Program-made: the position numbers and the translations under genes | Shown: piece after piece, positions 16,201 to 28,247 of the stretch | How the letters are laid out: the number at the start of each line of letters is the position of its first letter | How positions within the stretch are numbered: position 1 is the stretch's first letter | NCBI GenBank assembly: GCA_032718475.1 | Contig: JAUCBJ010008467.1 | Span: 1 to 64,000, forward strand | Direction: 5' to 3' | Source: Nemertoderma westbladi | Taxonomy: Eukaryota; Animalia; Xenacoelomorpha | DNA: 64,000 bases | The notes under the pieces: generated by a model | What the model was told of the DNA's origin: nothing | Database searches by the model: none | What the model saw: the letters and a program-made list of their open reading frames with translations, nothing else

Positions 16201-17365
16201 CATACTGTTTGTTTAGGCCCTAGGACACTCTGTCAAAGCAAATATTAACAGGTTGGTTTAGTTTGAAATCTATTATTGCCTCAGCTGAATTAGTCTTCCC
16301 AATGCGCACTCTATGGGAATATCTCCCTCTGCTAATGTAAGCTGAATGACTTAAGTACACAGTGAGTTGGCTACATTAATGTCAACATTATTGCAAAATG
16401 TTTTATTGTTGGACTCTCTGTCAGTCTCCCCTTCAGAACATTGTATAGGGAATATACTTTAGTTTACTCTACTGTGCCATTCAGCTGAATGGATTTGAGC
16501 GATTGCCAAGTTACAGAGTTGGATCATTCTCTGACCATAGATAGGCAAAGACATCAAATCTTTTTAAAAAGATACTTTTTCCATGTTTTTTTTTCTGACC
16601 AAAAATTTCAAAAAAATTTTTTCATAGCCAGTACTGCCAATCGATTCGCCATCAATAATAACGCAAAAAATTTTTTTTGCAAAATTTTAAATTACTGTAA
16701 ATTTTTGGCGACTGGGGGGGGGGGGGGGGGGTCAATTTTTTTCGATCCGCTATAACTCCGGAACGCTTTGTCCAAATTCGATGGGGTTTTTATTTTTCAA
16801 CTTAATTCGACGTCCTCTTTCAGCCTATCCATTTTTCGAAACCCCAAACAGCACCGTTCAAAAATTAATTTTTTCTAGTTCTAGAATTTTACAAATTTCA
16901 AAAAAGTTTCAGTATTTTATTAACGCCTTTACGGAATTCGATAGCGTTTTCGATTTTTATATTAAACGCAATATCCTGAATCTCACTAGCCTAGTTTCGC
17001 GTCACCAATGCCAAGACATCATACTTTTTGAGGAAAATTTTTCAAGAATAATTTTTATTTAATTACATTTATAGCGATTTCTTATTACTGATTGCACATG
17101 AATTGATGGAGTTTTCAATTTATTAACTAAACACGATATCGCACCAGCGTGGTTTCGAAATTCTAAAACGAGGTCTTCACTATTTGCAGGTCGATTTTGT
17201 TCTAGAATTGAGCAACTAATAATACATCGAATTTATTAATAATTATTGTATGAAATATGATTGTATTTTTAGATAATTATTAGTTCTATACTAATTCTCG
17301 TTGTCTCTTTTATTTAATAAAATAAAAAGTCGGTTCCTTATCGGGCCGCTAGGCCCGTCACTAGT
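1..17365 (+). repeat. Tandem head-to-tail array of a ~1.49 kb non-autonomous Helentron (HINE/DINE-1-like) unit, about 12 unit equivalents, continuing left of the window
   Basis: Junction CTAG at 761, 2846, 4112, 5599 (deleted), 7184, 9707, 11373, 12874, 14384, 15870 and 17361; regular spacings 1486-1510 bp. Each unit has 5' subTIR AGGAACCGA, a (GCTG/ACTG/ATTG)n microsatellite, 3' subTIR TCGGTTCCT, a GC hairpin and a CTAGT end. Confidence 0.85.
730..785 (+). other. Representative Helentron tail-to-head junction (3' subTIR, stem-loop, CTAG, 5' subTIR)
   Basis: TCGGTTCCT 730-738, hairpin CGGGCC-GCTA-GGCCCG 742-757, CTAG 761-764, AGGAACCGA 767-775 overlapping hairpin GAACC-GAGA-GGTTC. Confidence 0.85.
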
Positions 17366-18715
17366 TACATTGTTAACTCTTTCGCTTACCTTAACCTATC
17401 TTTTAGTTTAATTTGCCTTTTGTTATTCTGTAAAGTTTAGTTAATTTGATAAGTCTTACGTTAAATATACCCCAAACTCTAACATGTAGTTTTAACATAT
17501 CTATCTTGAGACAGCCAAATGCTTCGGGGAATGGCTGCCTAAACCGTTTGGCTTCAGCAACGCAAGGGGAAGGGATGTCCACAACGCATTAAGGAGCCCA
17601 CATTATCTTAGCCCACCCATTTGAGAGTATGCCTTGCTGCCTGAAAGCGCCCACATCTGAGGAAGGTAAGACTTTGTTCGATGCCCTTGCCCTCCGTAAG
17701 ACCTTTAGATCAGGGTAAAGCATGACGTCATCCTGGGATGCCATAAAATTTAGGATTAAATATGGTGCGAGCAGCTGAACAGGTGCGAGCTGTTGCTGTT
17801 CATCAGTACGTGCAAGAACACTTAGGTGCGAATAGCACGCTCTATAATTTGGTGATTTGCAGTACTGACAGTACAGTACCAGCTCTGTATGCTTTATAGA
17901 TTGACTGACCAGTCTGATTCCAAAGTATTTGATCAGGCAAGAGGCAGCTTTCTGCTACCTGCACACGTTTGGCTAAGGGAGGTTTACTAAGATCCTACCC
18001 CGTCCTTGCCACGTACTGATAGGTATTTACTGCAGTCCACCACAGTAACAAAGTTCTAGAATCAAATTTATATACCAGATCTATAGGTATGGTAGTAAAT
18101 TAACACCTATTTCATTATCTTACAATCAGAATCTGGTATCAGTGCCGATCACGGGCGTAGTTACTAACACCGTAGTTGCCCGGTTGAGTTGTGAATGAAG
18201 GAGGAGAGCCCTTTTGACGTCAGTTTGTAAGTATTGCACCTGCAGCATGCGACTAGCTTATACAAGTAGCTAGGACCCGGTATTGTTATTTTGATAAAAT
18301 CACCAAAACCTAGTATAACGGCGATACACCAAAATTGTTTTATTTGTAACACACACACACACATACGTCTTGAGATCTAAGATACTGATTTACAATAGGC
18401 TATTATTATTTGAGGAGATATTTGGTATTTGTTTTACTCAGGCATAGAGGCACCCTTTTGACTGCTATTTCCCTGTTGGCAGTATTGTTTTAAGCTAGTG
18501 TCGTTGACCCGCTAGCTCGTATATACCCATATAAATCACACCACAACAAGTTTACGGTATTTTAGGTCCATTAGCGATAGTTAGACTTAGTATCTGTTTA
18601 TTTTGACATCCTGGACTGGGATTTCTTTTCAGATACTGTACGAGCCCGTATACACTGCTGGATTCTACAGTAAGGTACTTCGTTACTAGGATCCGGTATA
18701 CTACTGGACTTATCA
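17366..18715 (+). repeat. 5' LTR of element A, 5'-truncated by the Helentron array
   Basis: Aligns to 32287-33174 and to the inverted solo LTR 33868-35925; ends GGACTTATCA. Confidence 0.85.
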
Positions 18716-18959
18716 GTAGGATATATATATATTAATATATATGTTATTCGCTATTGTAGCACCAGTAGGAGATACTCTTATTAAATATATAGTAAGAGTA
18801 ATATATAGTAAGTATATAGTCCGATCTAAGAACCGGAAGTTGTACCGAGAGGGACAACGGAAGTTCTTACTACGGGAGGCACGTGAGCCTACCAAATTCC
18901 TCCTCTGGATAGATCGTTCGATAGTGTATGGAGCGATGTTGGCGACATTAGTAGGACAG

Positions 18960-19969
18960 CGTCTGTAATTACTCAGAAACAACAGGAGGTCACACGCCAA
19001 CAACAAGTCGACGAGGAAGAAGAATAACGCCAGATGGCACAGATTTCTATCGAGGGAGATAGACAACGTAGGGAAGACATAGCGAAAATGGCGCAACTCC
19101 AGGCCCAAGCCGAAGTTGGAGCATCAGAAATGTAGAGACTGGAAGAAGACATAGCGCAAGAAGTTGCTGCAACAGCAGCGGCGGAGGAGTTAGCCCGACG
19201 GACAACAGCGGAGAAGTTAGTGCGGCAAGCTACGGCAAATACAGCTGAGTTAGCACGGAAGAAAGCGGCATCTGTCGCTCGTGCCGAGTTGGAGGCGCGA
19301 CAAATAAGAGCTCGTTTAGGTATTCATGAAGCGGAGTTAGCGTCGCAACAGCTGTAGGCCAACCGACGCGAAAGAGAGATGCAGCTCCTGTTCGAACTAA
19401 ATCGTAGATCACGTGAGTTAGCGAACGCACAAGAGGACCTCGAGGTCGACGCGAGAGATAGATCTATAAGGTCTCGAACTGGACATGACTTGTCTGCATT
19501 GGATCGTATGGGGACTAGATATCATGGAATTCAGAAGCGAATTGAGGCAGAAAGTGTGGGAGCGATATATAGAGGAGAGGAGTTTGTTGAGGATTACTGT
19601 CAACGTTTTCCCCAAGTTATTCCTATGCTCAATCCCACGACTCCAGTAAAACCGATCATAGTTGTAAAGCCGAATGAGATATCGCCTGTGCAATCAATGC
19701 AAGAAAATAGGTTTGTTATATTGGAATCAATTCCGCAGCCAAGAGCGACTTCATCGCCGATTTTAGCAGGTAAGGTAAGTAGTCCACCTACTGTAAGCCA
19801 TAGTTTACTTGTAGAGAGGGACAAACCTGTATTCATGACAGTCAAACAGGTGAGTAAACCGTTACCAGTTAAACCTGTGATGTGCTGCATAACCCAGTCA
19901 TTTACAGACCAACTGCGACCAACAGCTATAACATGGTACGTGTTATACTACAACTGTATGCACAATTAA
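18960..19969 (+). pseudogene. Gag N-terminal-like coiled-coil remnant of element A
   Basis: Ala/Glu/Arg-rich helical reading frame with stops, leading into ORF 19379-19969; located downstream of the 5' LTR. No diagnostic domain recognised. Confidence 0.45.
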
Positions 19970-20258
19970 ATAAGGACATTTAACCAACGATCGGCTTTCC
20001 TACTAATAATACTACATATAGAATGGACAACGCATGAAGACGCCTAGCTAAATTATTTTCAGTTTCGTACGGACAAGATCAGTCAGTTTCTCAAATACTA
20101 CGACGAGTTTATAGCGGATTGTAACAGACTGACAAAAAAAACAGAACTCTATACTAAAGGGATACAAATAAGCAAACAAACTAAGAGCCAATAGTAATGG
20201 CCGCTGTAACGCATGGGATACCATAAATACGTAGGAAAACTTTAGTATTGTAGTGTAA

Positions 20259-23200
20259 TCATGGTGGAGGAAACCCATAGTAGTCTGGTGGGCGCGTATG
20301 ACGCTGAGGATGCCGGGTGTGTGGAGGAACGTTGTCCACATCGTCGAACCCGAGGAACACCTCGTCTAGGGACGGAGAGGGTGATGGGGAGCGCGCTGGT
20401 GCCGGAGAGGGTGTAGTTGGAAGCACAGAAGGTACCGGAGGAGAGGCCTGGTAATGTCGCTCACCCAGCGGTTCGGTGTCGGCTGGTCGCGAGGAAGGTA
20501 GACCCGCCGACCCCTCGTCATCGTCGTTGGACGAGGGTTCGTTGACCGCAGCTACCAAGGTATCGCGGTAGGGTACGCGATAACATTCGGACCGCGGAAC
20601 CCGATAGGCCTGCGAACGCAGTTGGCGACCGACGAACTTCCGGACACTTACCCAGGATTGGTCCGTTGTCGCTACAATGTACCGGGGTCGGCCCTGTAGT
20701 TGCGGCGAATCGACGTGGAGGTAGACGATATCTCCTACTTCTAACGGAGTATCTCTAGCGGAGCTACTGGGATGCGGATTTTTGGACTGTGCACTATGGG
20801 GATGATTGGCCAAACGACGGCGATGTTGCTGGTCGATAAGCTCAGAATCGATGAGGGGGAGTTGAGCGCCAGTAAACTGATCACGTTGGAGCAGAATTTC
20901 TCGGGCGGATACGCCGCTCGACCGGATACGCGCATTTAACCGGGCGACGGCGAGGGCGAGAGACACAACGGAGTAGGGTACCCCGGAGGGATGGAGTTTA
21001 AGGAGCTCGTCTTCTAATTCGCGGACGGCGTGTTCCGCGACCAGATTTTTGTCTTTATTTTTGGCGCGACCCAACTCAATACGGATATGGTGGGTGGATA
21101 AAACCTTGTCGCCGACTAACGCACGGAATCCGGGTGCGGGATCGGTACGGATGACTGCGTGGGGGCCGCTAAGGGGGCACACACCGACGCACAACGTGAG
21201 GAGGCCATCCCGCAACGTTGTGTGTTGTTCAACTGAGAGGAACATGGCAGCAGAGTACGACGAGGCGGTTTCGCGGAGGATGAGTATGAACTGTCGATGG
21301 CGACGGATGACATCGGCAGCGAATGCGATTCCGATGGCGGCCGGAGGGTCACCGGACGACTGCTCGATGGATCGCCGTGGGGCGGAATGCAGCGCGGCGC
21401 ATTGGGCACACTGCGAGTGGATGGATGTGATGGCTTCTTCCATGTCGAGGGCGTAGAAGTACCGCAGAAATGTAACGCGCAGCTGGGTACGCGACGGGTG
21501 CTGCAACTCGAGGTGCAGTGATGTAAGGAGACCAGAGAGCGCATGGCGAGGGACAACGATCATTTCCCGTGGGGTCGAGAACGCGGTGTGTCGAGGAACA
21601 ACGAGGAGTCCGTCCATGGCGATGGACGCGCAGCCGATGTACTGCTTAACGTCGCGGATGGTCGTCTCCTTCTTGGAGGGATGCGTGCCCTGTGCGAGGT
21701 GCGCCTTGGTGCGACGGATAGATACGCATTCCGGCTGGGTGACGAGCCAGGTACTATGGGTGGCGTACAAGGGACGCGCTAGAGGGGGGGGGGGGTCTTT
21801 GGTGAGACCCGCCGCACGGATGATGGGTTCGTCGGCAAGCTGATTAACGAAGTCACAGACCTGGCACTGTGGATTAACACACTCGGGAATACTGCGACTT
21901 TGGAAGTCGGCTGGTAGGTTGCGCGAACCCTGGATATGGACCACGAGGAGGGAGAACTGGCTCACCGTGGCGAGGAAGGTAGTGAGTCTTGGGCTGTTGG
22001 AGTAAGCCCCACGAGTAAGTTTAGCGAATGCCTGGACGCAGGGTTTACTATCGGTGACAACGGACGTGCGGGTAGTAGCGTGAGTGATATAGGGGGCGAA
22101 GTGATGAACAGCTGCGGCGATAGCGAGTGCTTCCAATTCACAAGGAAGCCACGTACATTGATGGGTTCGCAACTTCGTGGAGTAGAACCCGGCGACGAGG
22201 AGTTTCGACTCGCGGCGGATATATAAGACAGCGCCGAGTCCATCGACGCTGGAGGCGGCATCGGTGATGATGAACAGCTCGTCGGAGGGCCATGGGAGAA
22301 CCACAGTATGGCATGTTTTCAGGGCGGCCTGAGCATGCCGGAATGCACAAGTCGAAGGATCCATCCACTGAACGATATCGGCGGAAGCGCCGACTGCGAG
22401 TTCGTCGAGGTCGGAGAGAAGTGCTGCGCAATGGGGGAGAACGCGCGCGAGGACTTTATACAATCCCAGGAAGGAACGGAGGGACCGGACAGTGTCAGGT
22501 TTATCGCAGGTTGCGAGGGCTGAGACGACGCGGTCAGGGAGCCAGCAGTCCATTGCCAGCCAAGAATGGTTGCGGAATGCGGGCAAATGACGGTCTTCTT
22601 GGGGGATAAACGTAAAGAAGAGCGTGCGAGGGCTGTGAGTAGCGCGTTAAAATTGGCAGCTAATTCGTCTATCGTGTTGCCGCCACAATACAAATCGTCT
22701 GCGAGTTTACTGACGGCGCCCTGCTTGATGAGTTCCCCAATGACACGGCACATCAGTTCTTCCAAGGCGGTCTCGGATCCGGGCATACCCATGGCGCAGC
22801 AGGTATAGACTCGCACGCCGCGGAACGGTGTAACAAAACCGCAGAACTTCATGGAGTTGCGACTAATGGGGATCTGGTAGAACGCACTTGTTAAATCAGT
22901 TTTGATGAGGAACTTATAGGAGCCGATTTCGCGCAGGGTAGACTCGACACTAGGGAGGAGTGATGGCTGGGGTTTAGCATACCGGGCGATCTCGTTAAAG
23001 GCTGTAACAAGACGAGTTCCTCCGTAAGGTTTGGCGACGAGGAAGGAGGGACTAAGGTACTCCACATGTACCCCAGCGTGTTGGGTGTAGCGAAGACACC
23101 GCGTTGTTCGAGTTCGTCGAACCGGTCCTGCAACTCGACGAGGCAGTTGCGGCCGTATTGGGGTACACGTTCTTTCTGTTGAGGGGGTAGAGTTGGTCCC

Positions 23201-25109
23201 ATTTTGACAACGGCTTCGTAGGGGCCCGCGGCGCCGTTGTATCCAGGGTACTCGGCTTCGAATACCGTGGAGTGCGCGGCGAGGACGTCGGAAAACTGGC
23301 AGCGTTCAGCGCTGGTGAGGATGTTGTCGGGGTCTAAGCGTACGCCGTCGACAGAACGGGGGTTGGGGCGATGGGTAGAGCGCGGTGCAGGCAGTGGGAC
23401 TGTGTCAACGGCAGTGGTCGGTATTGCCGCCGGTTGGATGGGTGTTGCCAAGCAAACGTGAGAGTTCCGTTTGATCCTGACGGGGATCTGTGTGACATTG
23501 CGGATGGCGAAGGAACCGTCGCACACGTTGGCAAGGAACGGTTGGAACCAGGGCTCATATGGAGACGTAGATGGATGGTGGGGTGCCAGTAAGAGGGGCA
23601 CGGTACTCGCTACCGGTAGAGTGAGATTCACGTCTGGCCAGACTACGACGGACCGGGTAGATGCACGTACCAGTGTGGACTCAGGTCTTCGCGGGCGCGT
23701 GGAGGTTGAGTGCTGGCCTCCGAAGGGTATTGTGGTGCCGTCCGGTAGGGTAATCGTCATATGGGTGGGACGTAGCGTTATATCATTGCGGTATAGGAAC
23801 GGCATTCCACAAATGATGGGACATCCGAGCTCCGGGATGACGAGACCGTTAAACTCGAAGGGGATCGAGCCACGGTGGACGACAAAACGCGTTTCGCCGG
23901 TAACCTTCATCTTAGACTGTCCATCGGCCTGTTCGGGAACCTGGCAACTACTCGGGGATATATGGACGCCCAGCTGGCGGTGAACGCCTCCCGGATGAGA
24001 TCGGATTCTGCGCCACTGTCGAGTAGCAATCGAAGTGGACGGGACTGATAATCGGCTTCCAAGACAGGGGAACGCATCACAGCGACTCGGCGGGCCGCTG
24101 GTGGTTGGTTGTAACTCATTGGGGAATCATCGGGGGGCTCAAACTCGTCATTGGAACTGGCGGAATCGGCGATATCGATGGCGTGAGTCCGGACGAGGAA
24201 CTGTTTATCCTGATCGGGGAGGAATGGGCAGGTACTGAGGAAGTGGTCGAAGTCCTTGCGTTGCGCCTGCTTGCACAGGGGGCAAATCCGGGCAGGTCGT
24301 GTGCGGTTCTGTAAACTACGGCGGTCGAGCTGGCGCATGCGGTTCGGGTGGCGCGGGGCAACCTCCGTCGTCTGGGAGCGGAACATGCGCACGTCGGCTG
24401 ACACGCGGAGCTCCTCCAAGAGGGACGGCATCGCCTGGCTGATCTCGGCCTTGACGGAAGCCAAGGTGCGGGAACGAAGTTCGCAGCCATATCGTTGCTT
24501 AACCAACGCCAGTAAGTCCTCGTGGATGAGACATAACCAAGTAAACACAAGGAAGTTCTCCACTGTGGGGGAGATCTCATCGGCGGCGGTGGGGAGCTCG
24601 CAGTGGTGGGTAATGCCCCTGAGGGGTGAGAGGAGGTTGTCATCAAAAAACGCTGCGAGATGTTGGAAAAGGTCTTCATGGCGTTCCTCGTGTTCGAGGT
24701 GGATGGTGGAGAAATCTAGGAAGTGGGAGCCTGTCCGTTGAAAACCGTAATGTAATCGGAGGGCCTGCCAGACGTATGAGAGAGATGTTGATTTTAGTAC
24801 GATGGTGTTATGCGCGATAACCTGCGCGTAGTTGGCGATTTGGCCCAGCATGACCTAAAGGGAGACGAGTTGTTGCTGCGCAGTACGTCGTTGGGCGTCC
24901 GGAACACCGGCGGCGTGGTCGACGAGACCCCGGGTCGGACTCGCAGGAGAAGCCTTCTCCCATACTGCGCCAGCGGCGGTAAACCGCGCGAACTCTGGGT
25001 TGAGGGACAGACTATAAATCAACGTCTGGCGCCAGGACTCGAATGACGTGATGGATTCCTGAGTAGTGAGTTTAACTAAACGTGGAGCCTTTAGGTGTTG
25101 ATTCGCCAT
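20259..25109 (-). pseudogene. Ty3/Gypsy gag-pol, disrupted by stops and frameshifts (gag, CCHC, protease, RT, RNase H, integrase)
   Basis: Gag 25109-23907 with CPLCK..DHFLSTC; protease LLDSGA; [29 protein letters not shown]; RNase H IITDAA, CELEALA, VTDSKP, PADFQSR; integrase HHCC, FAADV, IRTDPAPGF, VAEHAVRE. Markedly more GC-rich than its flanks. Confidence 0.93.
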
Positions 25110-25477
25110 GGTGAATGGTGGATCGGGTTGGGTACTGCGTGAGTCCGCAGTACCGGTTAGGTAAGTAGTAGCCTAACTGGTGGGTGGATCGCCAGTAGGT
25201 ACCGGTAATGGCTGACTGGATAGCAGGAAGACGACAGAGGGAGCTCTGACCCTGGGTCGCCTGGTGAAGAGAACGTGTAGCGACTCTGACTTGCTGCTGA
25301 CAGGCTGAGGAGTGAGAATCGAACTCTGAAACGTTGCCACCACGCCAGAGGGTAAAAAGAACAAGTGTCGCGGACACGTGGTAACTGGTGTATTAATGTA
25401 TAACTGATAACTGATACCGGGTAATAATGTTATATACAATATGGGTAAAATGGCTACAGTAACAATACGATCATACA

Positions 25478-27810
25478 ACGTTCATATCCACCAATATTGT
25501 CAGTCTAGTTCAGCGCGAATTGAAGGCTAACTTGAAGTCAAGTATTGGACCGATGCGACATTGGTACTTTGGTACATTAACAACGAAATGTTTCAGTTCA
25601 AGACTTTCGTGGCCAACAGGTGGGCTGAAATACAAGACCGGTCGCTCAAACAAGACTGACATCACTGCCCAGGGAAACTGAACCCCACTGACATCGCGTC
25701 ATGGGGAATGTCACCCATAGACTTTTGTAAACCGGGCAATAAGTCCTACGGGTTTAAAGGACCCGATTTCCTACAACGACCATCAGACGAATGGCCGCTG
25801 TTATTCGACGCGACATTGAATACCATACCGAAAGGTGCCGAGATTAAAATCGACACTGTTGTCAAGTCGAAGGCTAAAGTCAGCACCAGTGTCAAGAGGA
25901 AACAAGGACGAATAAAATCCAATGACCTGGACATTAGACCAGACATTACGCCAGACGTCTCACCAGACGTTCGACCAGACGTTCCAAAGAATCTTTCGCC
26001 AGATGTTCCGCGGGAGATTTCACCAGACATTTCGCCAGATTGTTCACCAGACGTTTCGCCAGATTATTCGCCAGACTGTCCACCAGATTATTTTCCGGAT
26101 TCTTTGCCATACTGCCTTTTGGAGCTCTCAACAGATTGTCTACTGGACGCCTCACCAGATTTTCCACCAGACGTTTCGATGGATTTATTATCAGACATTT
26201 TGATGGATTTTCCACCAGACCTTTGACCAGACATCTCACCAGACTGTCTACCAGACTTTCCATGGACGATCCACCGGAAGGATGCCCCAAAATTAACCCA
26301 TTGGAGTGGACTAGTACTAACCCATTAGGCATTACCAACTTACCGACTTTGACTTCCTTGAGTCACAATGACAACGGTGTGGCTACAGGTATCACACTCC
26401 GCTCAAGAAAAATACCAGACTTACAGCCTACGGGTAAATGTGTAACTAAGGTTTGAAGGCTTGCAAGCTCACAGGAACACACTGATACTGTTGAGTTGAA
26501 ACCATTACTCTCAGTCAACCCACTGAATGCTGACGGTAAAGGTAAGACCATGGAGATTAAGGTACTTAAGCACTCAGACAAACATATTACACAAAGGGAG
26601 ACACTCACCGGAAGGCCCACAGGCCTACCAAGTCCAAACAAGTATCCACACTATGACTACACCTTACCTGATGACGTCACCAACACTTATGTTGACAGGA
26701 TAGTTAACTTGACTAGATCATGGACAGACGCATGCCGCAAGTTAGCATGGCTCAAATGTTTGAGACAATATGCCAGAGGCAAATGCGACTTTCCACAAAG
26801 ACTAACCTTGGCTGAAATTGGTAGCTGCGAGATTGATATTATTAGACATTATCAATTGCAATATTTTGCACGAGAGTTCACAGCGATAAACAGATCAAGT
26901 CTTCACCAATCTTGAGTTGAAGTATAATAATATACAAGGGCTTACTTTGTCACAAGTCCAGACTCCAAAACATTGACTTCGCATTAGACTTTAGGTACCC
27001 TATCATCATACCGCAACACCATGAGTTACAGCGTGCTATGATACTGGACGCACACATACAACTCAAACACGTAGGTAGACACCACTGTTTATCTCACTTA
27101 CGCTCGAGGTTTGTACTGATTAGCCTGGTAAGGATGCAACTGTATTATTTGTAAGAAGGTGCACACGAGGATAGGACACCAAGAAATGAGTGAACTACCA
27201 CTAGCAAGGTTACAGGCCTTTAGACCCCCATTCACCGAAACGGGGATAGACTGTTTTGGACCCATAATTGCAAAACACGGATGGGTACAGGTTAAACATT
27301 GGGGACTGATTTTTACCTGCATGGCAAGTAGAGCGGTTCATATTGAATGCATAACAGATCTAACCACCAATGCCTTTATCCTAGCCTTACGGCGATTTAT
27401 CGCTAGACGTGGATTGGTAAAATCCATACATTGTGACCAAGGGACCAACTTTGTGGGTGCGCGGAACAAAATTTCCAGAGCCTTAAAGAAATTGGACCAA
27501 AATCAAATCTCCAACAAATTACGTCCTCACAAGATTGTCTGGAACACTTCCGACAGTCCGTGGAGAGGCAGAGTTTGGGAGAGGTTGATTGGATCAATTA
27601 AGATGGCAATGGCAAAAGAATACCGACGCAACGCATATTGACAGATGACCAACTGACGACGTTGTTAATAGAAATCGAGGCGGTTCTGAATACTCGGCCC
27701 ATCGCTTTGATCCCAGACGACAACCTATCTCAGTTTGCCTTGACACCAGCGCACCTGCTTATGCAGGCGCCGATGACATTGTTGCCCACTTCTGTACCTG
27801 TTGGCAGTGA
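25478..27810 (+). pseudogene. BEL/Pao pol remnant: RNase H C-terminal half, expanded linker, integrase
   Basis: YWTDATLVLWYI, KTFVANR, HCPGKLNPTDIASWG, GPDFL..WP, then GIDCFGP, WGLIFTCMASRAVHIE, CDQGTNFVGA, WERLIGSIK, IEAVLNTRP, LTPAHLL. Confidence 0.92.
25936..26265 (+). repeat. 12-bp minisatellite (consensus ~CCAGACGTTTCA) encoding S-P-D-x tetrapeptide repeats within BEL pol
   Basis: CCAGA recurs every 12 bp; translation PDITPDVSPDVRPDV...PDYSPDCPPDY. Confidence 0.85.
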
Positions 27811-28164
27811 CAGTTAGAGACATGGAACTAAAATTAGGTGAGGGACAAGAGCGGATGGAAGGCTTGCGAGCCTACCGATATTTTTTAGAAAATAAAATCG
27901 CCCTTGTTCTGTAGTCGTGACTATTATTATATTTTTACTCTGAGTAATTATTGACTGCTTTATATTTTTGGGAAATAGTTTGGGATTAAAAAGTGAGTAT
28001 TTTAGACTCACAGCTAGTTTGCCCGAAGTCGTTTTTTATCTGCACATTTTTTTGGATTTGGAGCCTGTGCGAAATCACGCGGAACCCGAAATCTTAGACA
28101 AATGGGTAGGTGTTTTAGAGCAAAGTTGAACCAAAAGCCGACAAAACTCTAAGTCTCCTTATAT

Positions 28165-28190
28165 CTAACCTCTGTTTGTGCTTCCTCTAG
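28165..28190 (+). promoter_or_regulatory. Putative 3' splice acceptor upstream of accessory ORF A
   Basis: CTAAC branch-point motif, pyrimidine tract CTCTGTTTGTGCTTCCTCT and AG at 28189-28190; ATGGCG at 28248. Confidence 0.45.
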
Positions 28191-28247
28191 TACAACGCAA
28201 CGGTTTAGATAAATGTACGATACGTAACCGATATATACGCGTATATA

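Noticed and set aside
111-17062. Recurrent short ORFs (MATGGGQFFSIRY..., MCRNPLHKPFF...) as a multicopy gene family
   Set aside because: They recur only because the repeat unit does; frames are broken by variable poly-G/T tracts and stops, and no domain is recognisable.
730-17365. CRISPR-like array of palindromic repeats
   Set aside because: The intervening sequences are near-identical 1.5 kb units, not unique spacers; no cas genes; eukaryotic TE context.
20741-25046. Many overlapping and antisense ORFs over the Gypsy
   Set aside because: Expected shadow ORFs in GC-rich coding sequence.
25330-25420. Candidate Gypsy PBS (TGGTGGCAACG or GGTATCAG on the minus strand)
   Set aside because: Neither follows a definable LTR-terminal CA, and the LTR could not be delimited without a second copy.
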